DNA of 32,000 nt from assembly GCF_900232105.1 (NCBI RefSeq), contig NZ_LT934425.1:4374154-4406153 (forward strand), in the 5' to 3' direction. A model generated the notes under the pieces. That model was not told the DNA's origin. It saw only the letters and a program-made list of their open reading frames with translations, and ran no database searches. Shown piece by piece: positions 16,287 through 24,914 of this stretch. This DNA is from Candidatus Kuenenia stuttgartensis. GTDB taxonomy: Bacteria; Planctomycetota; Brocadiia; Brocadiales; Brocadiaceae. Both the position numbers and the translations under genes were made by a program. Every line of letters starts with the position of its first letter. Position 1 is the first letter of the stretch.

Positions 16287-17855
16287 CCTAAATCCTGCAA
16301 ACGATTTTCGCAATGCGAAAAAGGGATGTACTGTCTCCATCTGCGGTATACTTACCACTCTCAAAAGACTAAAAAAACGAAATACAACGTCGGTTTTCTA
16401 CTGAAAAACTACATCCAGTGACATGCGTTCCCACTTTTCCCATTCCTCCTGATGGAGAAATTTCTCCGGCAATTTTAATGTCATCTGCCGGCTTCTCTCC
16501 ACCAGTTTCCCTGCCACACGGATTAACCACAGTCTCATCGTCTTTACTTCCCACTGTTGTATCACTCCACCACTGAGCAATCCCATCCACTTCAAAAGAT
16601 TATACGCTAACACCGCACACTGAAATAGCGCAGCATTGGCCAAAAATTCACCCGTACGTATGTGCCCCGCATTCATCTGTCCTTTACTCTCTTCTATCAA
16701 AGTCTCGCAGGTAGCCCTCTTTCCATAACAACGATGCGCTTCCATCGGACTTAACCGCTCCGTTGTAACGTAACAAAAATACTCATACACGGACACTTCT
16801 ACTAATTTCTTTTCTCTTTTGACCAATTGCCGCACTGCCACAAAACGTCTCGCACGATCCCACCCTGCACATCGATACCAAAATTCAGCCTGTTCCCATC
16901 CTGGCTCCCCTTTCACCTCATTCCATTTCTGCCCTTCAAGCAATCCTTCCAGATTCTTCAGCTTTACCTTAATCAGATATCCCGCCAATATTGACTCAAG
17001 GTATTCAAGTAATTCTCCGGTAAAAAAACCGCTGTCTCCCCGAAATACCACCCTTACCCCCTTATTCATGTACGCCATACATTCCTTCATGAACTCTACT
17101 ACTCCGTTACTCGTGTAGGCGCTTCCACAGCGGAACCAACTATGTAATACCTCCTTTGTTTCTGCAATAAATGCCATTAAGGGATGATACGCCTTCTGCC
17201 CCTTCTTGTGCGGATTATATCCTACCTCTGCACCCTCCTGTTTCCCATATACACCATCTACGGTAGAATCAACATCTATCCATACTTCGCAAAGAGCACT
17301 CCTGAGTTTATGGCCTGATCTCACCGCACGCTTCCATATCTTTCCCCTAAACCGGTGGATCACCCCCGTCAGTTCCACTATATCTCCCTGACTCGCCAGC
17401 TTCATAATACGTCCTATCGTAGTATCTACAGGTACCTCTTTCCAACCGGACATCTTCTTCAATACCTCATCTGTACACACCTTCATCACCTCTACCATCG
17501 ATGTCGCCCCTGCTATCAACCCTATCACTACCATTTGTACCGCATCGACAAACTGATACCGGGCATTTGCTCCACGATCCTTATGGACCGCTTCATGGAC
17601 TCTCTCCCGGAACATCAGCTTACCCATAAATTCAATACCGGTAAAAGCCCTGCATGTACCGTTAAGCCTTTCCCGCTCATCTCTGCCTTGATTTTCGGTT
17701 GTCTTTTGCTGTATTTTTTTGCTATATTCTTCATCGAAATGGTGAATCTCCTTTCAGGTGTTTTTTGTTATCAATATACCGCCGAATACCTTGGAAATCC
17801 TACCATTTCAATCCTATTCCTGCAACAAGGCTTTGCCTTGTTTGCAGGATTTAGG
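16287..17855 (-). mobile_element. IS1380-family-like insertion sequence (1569 bp)
   Basis: 16-bp terminal inverted repeats CCTAAATCCTGCAAAC (16287..16302 and the reverse complement of 17840..17855). 5-bp direct target repeats TTATA at 16282..16286 and 17856..17860. One transposase ORF. Confidence 0.85.
16398..17627 (-). CDS. DDE transposase (IS1380/IS4-superfamily type)
   Basis: 409 aa. WIDVDSTVDGVYGKQEGAEVGYNPHKKGQKAYHPLMAF is a typical DDE N-terminal catalytic segment. A later segment reads FRGDSGF. Confidence 0.85.
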   Translation of the reverse strand: MGKLMFRERVHEAVHKDRGANARYQFVDAVQMVVIGLIAGATSMVEVMKVCTDEVLKKMSGWKEVPVDTTIGRIMKLASQGDIVELTGVIHRFRGKIWKRAVRSGHKLRSALCEVWIDVDSTVDGVYGKQEGAEVGYNPHKKGQKAYHPLMAFIAETKEVLHSWFRCGSAYTSNGVVEFMKECMAYMNKGVRVVFRGDSGFFTGELLEYLESILAGYLIKVKLKNLEGLLEGQKWNEVKGEPGWEQAEFWYRCAGWDRARRFVAVRQLVKREKKLVEVSVYEYFCYVTTERLSPMEAHRCYGKRATCETLIEESKGQMNAGHIRTGEFLANAALFQCAVLAYNLLKWMGLLSGGVIQQWEVKTMRLWLIRVAGKLVERSRQMTLKLPEKFLHQEEWEKWERMSLDVVFQ

Positions 17856-19388
17856 TTATATATTATCGCTAATCTCAGGATCCAGATCCATTTGCTTAAT
17901 CGTAATCCAGGTAGCATAATATGGAGTTACCAGATCAAATACACCATGAATGATTAATACCTGCATATGGGGATTTATGCACATTGCCTGCTTTAAGTCC
18001 GCTACAGCTTCGGCAAACCCTTGTTGCCCCTGAATACCCGACCACCAGTTCCACGATTTGAACACCTCCTCATTTAAGAGGAGATAGGGTAACTCAGTCT
18101 TAAAATCCAAATGGTCACGCACATAGGTATTGAAGGCTGCTGTTACTGGTGCATTGAGCCGGTCGAGATACGGATCGCCACCAGCAAGCATCTGTCTTGC
18201 AGGATCAGAATCGACAAGTTTAATCGACCCATCGTATAAACTCACCAAACGTCTCTGGTCTGACAATAAGGCTTTAGCGAAGCGAGCCGGTGGGACGCGT
18301 CCTGCCCAACGATGCAGGATGTCCGCATGTAATCCCATCATGTTGCTCGATTGCTCAATCCAATCCGGCAGCAAGTCACCACCGGCTAATCCGGTTAAAT
18401 ATTCTGATAAGGCGAAACGCTCCACTTCACCAAGCGAAACACGGGGGTTATCAGCTTTATACGTTATCATGTCACTGCGTTCATGGAATGCCGCCACTGC
18501 AGTGTAGCTCGGCAGCAAGGCCACCCAAGGCCACAGGCTTCGTTCGCTGCCCCAAAGCAACCCAAAATCAATCGCCGGAGAGATGAGTACCAACCCACTT
18601 GGCACAATGCCAAAATCTGACTGAAGCAGTTTTGATAAACGTGCGACCCTAAAACCGCCATAGCTTTCTCCGGCAAGAAAAATTGGCGAAAGCCAACGTT
18701 CCTCCTTGGTCAGATAAGTGCGAATAAAGCGGGCCAGAGAGTCGGTATCTTCCACCACGCCCCAGGCGTATTTACCTATCGATTTTTCCTTCGAAGGTCT
18801 CAACTTCCGCCCTTTATTGTTTTCGGTGTCATCCTTAATCTCACGACTGTAACCCGTTCCAACAGGATCTACAAAGACCAGATCCGTAAACGATAGCCAA
18901 CTCTTTGAATTATCGAGTAATCGGGCTGGCATATGGAGTACCTTTCCATCGTCACTGAACTCGACGCGTTTTGGACCTAAAGCTCCCATGTGCAGATATG
19001 CCGAGGCAGCACCTGGACCACCGTTGAAAACAAAGGTCACCGGCCGTGGGTAATCATGTTGTTCGTCAGCGGTATAACTGATATAAAAAATCCTGCTGAC
19101 TGGCTTTGCCTCCTTATCCGTTATGGTCAGCGATGCTGCGGTGGCAAAATACTCCAGTGTTTTATCCGCTGTCGTCAGAGTATGTTGGGTAACGGCCCTG
19201 TTCGATGCGTCAAGAACACGCTCTTCGGCCTGCTGTTTTTCCACCTCAACCTTCTTGTTGTCTGGCACACCCAATACAATAGACGTATACATAAAGCAAA
19301 CACAAATCAGCGTAAAGGCTGATATTGTGAATCGATTAGTGCTTCCTAATGTGTTAAACATTTTTAACCTTGTTCTAATGTAATCCAT
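17856..19388 (-). pseudogene. Peptidase S10 (serine carboxypeptidase), 5' part truncated by the IS insertion
   Basis: Signal/TM N-terminus, RPVTFVFNGGPGAASAYLHMGALGP, active-site LAGESYGG, and GVFDLVTP (Asp). The ORF ends inside the IS target duplication, before the catalytic His. Confidence 0.8.
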
Positions 19389-19442
19389 GGAAAAAGGCAG
19401 TCAAATCGACCGATCTTTTGAAATGGCATGATTCGGTAAAAC

Positions 19443-21111
19443 TTACCAACTTAACACCACATACTGCTGCGCATTGCCTCTCCGAAGGAGCAGCAGTATA
19501 CTTTTATCATCGCTGCTCTTCTCGACCGCACGCTTGAACTCGGCAGCATTTTTCACGGGTTCGCGATCCACCTGCATAATCACAGTGCCAGGCTCAATGC
19601 CTGCCATTGCAGCAATAGATCCTGGTCTGACTTCCGTGACCACAACACCTTCCCCCATTTTGACTCCAAATTGTTCAGCCAACTGCGGGGTTAGCGTTTG
19701 TACCGTCAGACCAAGTTTCTCGGCGCTTTGCGACGAAGTCTGTGCAGCCAGTTTTTCTCTGGTGAGCTTGCCGATTGTCACAGTAAGCGTCATTTGTTTT
19801 CCTTCCCTCAGGATAGTCAACTCTTCCGTGCTGCCCGGCTGAGTGAGTGACACTCTGTTACGGAAACTGCCGACATTTGTTACCGGTTCCCCGCGATATG
19901 CAATGATTATATCCCCTTGACGCAACCCTGCCATATCAGCCGGTGAATCGTCTGAAACCTGAGAGACAAGTATACCCTTGACCTGTTCAACACCGAACGA
20001 CTTTGCAAGATCAGCGGTAAGCGGTTGAATCACAATACCAAGGTAACCACGCGTTACTTCTCCTTTATCGATCAACTGATCGGCGATCTCCCTGGCAAGA
20101 TTGATAGGAATCGCAAATCCCACACCCATATATCCGCCACTGCGGCTGAAGATGGCGGTATTGATGCCTACCACCTCAGCATCCAGATTGACCAGTGGAC
20201 CACCAGAGTTACCGGGATTAATCGCTGCATCTGTCTGGATGAAATCTTCATAATCGTTAATACCAATACTCGTACGCCCCTTGGCGCTCACCACACCTAC
20301 GGTGAGGGTATGACTCAGTCCAAATGGGTTGCCAATGGCAACAACCCACTCCCCAACCTCCAGCTTGGAGGAATCACCCAGTTTTGCCGCCGGCATACTG
20401 CTAGCCTTGATTTCTATAACCGCCACGTCTGACTGGGGGGTCCCGACCTGTAATTTTAGCGTTATATTCAGAACCATTCTGGAATTGCACCCGGATAGTA
20501 TCAGCATTTTCCACAACGTGATTATTAGTAAGGATGTATGTTTTGTCAGACAGCAATCCGTCCTTTACCTCGAACACAAATCCGGAACCCTGTCCAATAA
20601 TACGGTGTTCACTTTGAGGTTTATCAGAAGGCGGTGTCCGAGGAATACCGGGGAATGGTTCACCAAAGAAACGTTTGAAAAACTCATCCCCAAAGGGCCA
20701 TGAATCGCCAAAGGGTAACCGAAACCGTGTTCTCGCCGAATCAGATACTTTCGATTCAACCTGTATCATTACTTTGTTAAAATAATATGCAAAACAACCT
20801 TAATTCCCTCTATTTAAAAGGATTTATGCTTTGAAAAATCCTTGATTAATACCATACAATAAGTAGGATGCCGAACGCAAAGGCATACAAAATATATCAC
20901 TTTATGAACGGTTTCAGTGGTTTTTAACAAAGTAATGCTGTATGAAAACCACAGATGGCGATACTTCCCGTGCCACAGATGCAAAGGCCTTACCGGTCTG
21001 GCGCAGGTCTTTAATACCGTTGTCTTCTAATGCATAGGCTGGCATTACACTAAAACAGAAAAGCGTTACGTGCAGCATCATTAATTTTATCTTCCTCGTA
21101 TTCTCCTGCAT
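19443..21111 (-). pseudogene. htrA: HtrA/DegP serine protease with two PDZ domains, disrupted
   Basis: Three pieces: signal peptide plus SPSVVFIQ (20914..21111); GSGFVF...ILTNNHVV (20401..20769); GNSGGPL plus 2 PDZ domains (19443..20516). They are interrupted by the 171-bp MITE and by a +1 frameshift in the G6 run at 20435..20440. Confidence 0.85.
20767..20937. mobile_element. 171-bp MITE inserted in htrA
   Basis: Perfect 16-bp terminal inverted repeats: cattactttgttaaaa (20767..20782) and ttttaacaaagtaatg (20922..20937). 6-bp direct repeats ctgtat at 20761..20766 and 20938..20943. Removing the element restores ...SPSVVFIQVESKVSD... in frame. Confidence 0.85.
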
Positions 21112-21218
21112 CCTTAATTTCTATTGCTACCGTTGCCGATCTTAATCAGTTTAAAAACTAATCTTGCAAACCTCTCTTTACATAAATTGTCTCCTCTTGC
21201 CCATAAATTTCGCCTATC

Positions 21219-21265
21219 ATGGAGGCGCTGTCATTACATAAAAATGCTCCAATAAGCGCCTCCAT
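21219..21265 (-). terminator. Hairpin downstream of the hsp20 gene at 21283..21789
   Basis: Perfect 11-bp stem atggaggcgct / agcgcctccat with a 25-nt loop. No clear U-tract. Confidence 0.4.
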
Positions 21266-21282
21266 AATAACCAACAACAACA

Positions 21283-21789
21283 TCATTCTCCCTTTATTTC
21301 AATCTTACGCACATTTTCCTGCGCTTTTCCACTCTTAGGCAGATTGATTTTCAACACCCCTTTTTTGAACGAAGCCTTCACTTTTTCCTGGTCAACTTCA
21401 CAGGGAAGTTGCAGAGAACGGTAAAAGGATCCGTAACTTCGCTCTACATGATAGTACTCTTTGTCCTTTTCTTCCTTTTCCTGTTTCTTCTCCCCTTTAA
21501 TAGTGAGCACATCGTCTCTTAAAGTAATTTCAACATCATTTTGATCCATTCCCGGCACTTCTGCGATAATCTCAATTTCTTTGTCATTTTCACTTACATC
21601 TATCTTCGGTGAAAACTCGGCGAATCGCTCTTCCTTTAATGGGAGGGACGGGAATCTGTCAAACCCTCTGAAGAAATCGTCAAATAATCGGTCCACTTCT
21701 CTCTGAAGGGTCGCTACAGGGTGTTGCAGTCCTGATAGTGCAGGCTGCTGTTTTCTTCTATTCCAGGTTATTAAATCTTTCAAGGCCAT
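21283..21789 (-). CDS. Hsp20/alpha-crystallin small heat-shock protein
   Basis: The alpha-crystallin domain reads IDVSENDKEIEIIAEVPGMDQNDVEITLRDDVLTIKGEK...SFKKGVLKINLPK. Confidence 0.9.
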   Translation of the reverse strand: MALKDLITWNRRKQQPALSGLQHPVATLQREVDRLFDDFFRGFDRFPSLPLKEERFAEFSPKIDVSENDKEIEIIAEVPGMDQNDVEITLRDDVLTIKGEKKQEKEEKDKEYYHVERSYGSFYRSLQLPCEVDQEKVKASFKKGVLKINLPKSGKAQENVRKIEIKGE

Positions 21790-21913
21790 GGTCGACCTCC
21801 TTTCTTATCAATTAAATGTTACATGAATGTACAAAACTTTTTTCTGCATGGTACAATAAAAATCTGAAACAGTCGGGGGAAACAGGACCTTGCAGTTCCT
21901 CACATATCAACCA

Positions 21914-22951
21914 TTATTTCTTTCTCTCCTGAGTTTGCTCAGTCTTCTCTTCAGTGTGAGCTTGACCGGTTTCTTTGCTAAACAAATTGACTGCCCGCTC
22001 CCAGAACTTGCGAATCTTAGATGCCGCTCCTTTTTCTTCAATCTTTGTCGTCAGCTTGGTGATATCATCCTCAAGCTGTTTCACAATTTTCTTAGCCTCC
22101 TCGTCTTCCAGCAGTGCTCGGTATGTTCCCAACTGGATTTGAGCCAGTCTCAAGTTGTCCTGTGCAGCTTCGTGCTTACCCTCTTCAACCATGCGCTCAG
22201 CCAGCCTTAACGCATGCTGTACTTCTACAAGCGGATTGTCTACCTCATGGAAAACGAGCTTTACACCTTTCGTCTGCGCAAGGGCCAACTGGACCAGTGC
22301 TTCGTCCGGCTTTCCCTTGTCCAATAAAGACTCTGTATGGTTCAATTTTCGCTCAATATAGCTGAGGTCTACAAGCACAGATGTATAAATGACATCAACA
22401 TCTGCAAGTCGCAGTCCTTTAAGTGCCGCCTCCTTCTCCTTGGCGTCAATGATCGGTTCTACAATTTCCATAGCGATAGTGCCCTCATATAAGGCAATCT
22501 TGTCGTCCTGGACCTTGTCAACCTCCCGATAAACCACTTTACCGCTGACATCTTTCACCGATGTCGTCACCGTAGTAACGGGGAGTAATTCCCTCACAAC
22601 CTGCGTCAGCCTCTGAGCATTCTTGATCTCCGGTTTTGCAGCTTCGGGGTTCTGATCGATGAGACTTTTTGCTGCATTGTTCAGATGATTGACGATACGC
22701 GAAGTCAAGAGAGATGCTTGGTGCTTATCCTGCGCAGACAAAGCGCCTTCAGTGTACCGTTCTACGGTTGTCTGATAGCGTTTACCACTGCCAAACGTGA
22801 TGTATGATTGATCCCGCTGCTCTCCGCCACCCAATGCCTTTTCTGAGGCGATGACAGTCGCGCACATAAACAGAGAGAGAGCAATTAATGCAACCACACC
22901 AGAAATTACTGTACCTTTTCGATCATGAAAAAACTTACGAATTACGTTCAT
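21914..22951 (-). CDS. yfdX: YfdX-family periplasmic protein
   Basis: Signal anchor. LKGLRLADVDVIYTSVLVDLSYIERKLNHTESLLDKGKPDEALVQLALA aligns with E. coli YfdX ([44 protein letters not shown]) as I recall it. I prefer the ATG at 22951 because it has an AGGAGA RBS. Confidence 0.7.
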   Translation of the reverse strand: MNVIRKFFHDRKGTVISGVVALIALSLFMCATVIASEKALGGGEQRDQSYITFGSGKRYQTTVERYTEGALSAQDKHQASLLTSRIVNHLNNAAKSLIDQNPEAAKPEIKNAQRLTQVVRELLPVTTVTTSVKDVSGKVVYREVDKVQDDKIALYEGTIAMEIVEPIIDAKEKEAALKGLRLADVDVIYTSVLVDLSYIERKLNHTESLLDKGKPDEALVQLALAQTKGVKLVFHEVDNPLVEVQHALRLAERMVEEGKHEAAQDNLRLAQIQLGTYRALLEDEEAKKIVKQLEDDITKLTTKIEEKGAASKIRKFWERAVNLFSKETGQAHTEEKTEQTQERKK

Positions 22952-23119
22952 TTCTTTCCGTTTCTCCTTTCTCATACTAAAAAGTAATATATTATATTAC
23001 GACATTACGACATAATATTACGACAAAAAATCCTTCCGTATTCGTTAATACTCACAGGCTGTTTCTCATCTCACCTGGCGTTAACCGCTTCAATCAACCG
23101 TACGTCACGCCACTCTCTG

Positions 23120-23530
23120 TTATCCTATCTGAATCTTCTTTGGTTGTGCTTCCGGCGCCTTTGGCAGTGTCAGGGTCAATACACCGTCTGCCAGTTTTGC
23201 ATCAATTTTTCCCGTATCAATGATATTTGATACGGTAAATTTCCTGGTATAATGACCTACATTGTACTCGGTATACACCGGATTAAGATGTTCATACGGC
23301 GTAAAGTCTATTTTTGCATCAACCTCCAGGACATTATTTTCCAGCACGACATTTACATTTTCCTTTTTCACACCCGGGACATCCATGGTGACGACCAGAC
23401 TTTTATCGGTTTCAACGATATCCGTCATGGGAATATAATATTTGCCTTGCACCGTTTTCTCTCCCTTATATTCTGTTTTTTCCGGTTTCTGACTTTCAAC
23501 CGTTGCTACTTCCTTTGTTTCATTACTCAT
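23120..23530 (-). CDS. Hsp20/alpha-crystallin small heat-shock protein
   Basis: PMTDIVETDKSLVVTMDVPGVKKENVNVVLENNVLEVDA...KLADGVLTLTLPKA. Confidence 0.9.
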   Translation of the reverse strand: MSNETKEVATVESQKPEKTEYKGEKTVQGKYYIPMTDIVETDKSLVVTMDVPGVKKENVNVVLENNVLEVDAKIDFTPYEHLNPVYTEYNVGHYTRKFTVSNIIDTGKIDAKLADGVLTLTLPKAPEAQPKKIQIG

Positions 23531-23551
23531 ACCATCCTCCTTTCAGGGTTA

Positions 23552-23974
23552 TTATTGAATTGCAATACGTTTTGGTTTCTCTGACTCCGCACGGGGCAGA
23601 GAGATTACCAGAAGGCCATCTATATACTCTGCTCTGACCTGATCAGATTCTACGTTAACCGGTAGTCTCAATGTCCTGTCAAATTTGGATGCAGTACGCT
23701 CAATACGGTGGTAACTGACATTTTCGCCGTAGTCGATCCTGCGTTCTCCGGATAGCCGTAATATGTTGTTTTTTACCTCTATGTTCAGATCCTCCTTCTT
23801 TACCCCTGCTAATTCTGAAACGAGCACCAAATCGCCATCTTTTTCAAAAATATTCATCGGCGGATACACCCCTCTACTGGTCGTAGTATTCTCAAAAAAA
23901 CCCGTGTCGCGCGCCAGGTCCATTGCCTCCTGAAGCCCTAATAATGTTTCCAATGTCCTTGATAATGGTAACAT
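23552..23974 (-). CDS. Hsp20/alpha-crystallin small heat-shock protein
   Basis: PPMNIFEKDGDLVLVSELAGVKKEDLNIEVKNNILRLSGER...EYIDGLLVISLPRA. AAAGGAGGA RBS. Confidence 0.9.
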   Translation of the reverse strand: MLPLSRTLETLLGLQEAMDLARDTGFFENTTTSRGVYPPMNIFEKDGDLVLVSELAGVKKEDLNIEVKNNILRLSGERRIDYGENVSYHRIERTASKFDRTLRLPVNVESDQVRAEYIDGLLVISLPRAESEKPKRIAIQ

Positions 23975-24084
23975 GACAAATCCTCCTTTCAGTTTCAGAA
24001 AAAATCAAATTACTTGACACATCAAAAATAACTCAATACATTTATACAAGAAAACCGGTTTTTCCCTTTCTGACAATGCTTATC

Positions 24085-24099
24085 GCAACAAATGTGCCA
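24085..24099 (-). promoter_or_regulatory. Sigma-54 (-24/-12) promoter upstream of the tandem hsp20 genes
   Basis: The minus strand reads TGGCAC-ATTTG-TTGC, an exact match to the TGGCAC-N5-TTGC consensus. It lies about 110 nt upstream of the ATG at 23974. Confidence 0.65.
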
Positions 24100-24398
24100 A
24101 ATTATATAAGTTATTGCTATTTCTAATGTTAGTATATTCTGTCTGTAGAAAAAACATAATATTCCGGGAAAATGGGAACGGTTATTCCCTTTTGTGTGGA
24201 TTTATATTCCCAAATCAGTTATCATTGTGCGTAAAGACGATGTACTCTTGTGTCAAATGATGGGTAATATCAAAATTATGTGTTCTGTGCTAATGCAGGA
24301 TGCATTTAAATCGATATACAAGAAACAACACACAATATTATGTTATGACTGTTTGGGAAATACTTGTCTCACTCACCTAAAATCTCATCAATGCAGGT

Positions 24399-24794
24399 AT
24401 GAATAAAAAAAAGAATTCTGTTCAAAAATGGCTCGTTCCGTATAACGGCGATAAGACCGATGTTCCGCCTTATTTCTTTACCGATGATGGAAGCATTGAC
24501 AAATCTATAATAGATAACCTTGATTCAGATGTTATTCTTTTGGACAGAGATCTCAACATTGTACTGATGAATAAGGCAGCGGAAAAGACATGTGGTGTGA
24601 GTTTTCACGAAGTAAAAGGTACCAACTATATGGCGTTACGACTGAAATCCTTAGAACAAGAGCTGTCAAAGAACTTGAATAATGTCCTTCAAACGAAGAA
24701 AACCTTTAATATTGATGTAAGGACGACCATGATATACACCCATACGATCAAAATCCAGACCATCAAAGAGGTAAAAAGTCCGCTCGATTTCTGA
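24399..24794 (+). pseudogene. Chimeric ORF: PAS-domain fragment fused to the C-terminal tail of an IntI-type recombinase
   Basis: The PAS-like part is IIDNLDSDVILLDRDLNIVLMNKAAEKTCGVSFHEVKG. The last ~25 aa, DVRTTMIYTHTIKIQTIKEVKSPLDF, match the integrase tail (catalytic-Tyr box TTMIYTH...SPLD). Confidence 0.6.
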
Positions 24795-24914
24795 GGAATT
24801 CTATGTAGACCAATTAAGGTGCATATCAACCGTTTCAGAACCTACTCTGATAGAAAGGGTATGATCACTGGATGGATAGAAAATAAGAACCTTTACTATT
24901 TCAGATTACACAAA

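Noticed and set aside
14207-20769. The frameshifts are simply assembly or homopolymer sequencing errors, so the genes are intact.
   Set aside because: This is not fully excluded, because four of the five sit in or beside short runs. However, the lesions are confined to the island, and they co-occur with an NBD1 deletion, an IS, a MITE and a nonsense codon that cannot be sequencing artefacts. I kept this as a caveat rather than the primary reading.
21818-21834. Small palindrome tgttacatgaatgtaca upstream of the hsp20 gene at 21789, considered as a regulatory operator, and a search there for a second sigma-54 promoter.
   Set aside because: The arms are only 5 bp and I found no GG-N10-GC match. 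The evidence is insufficient.
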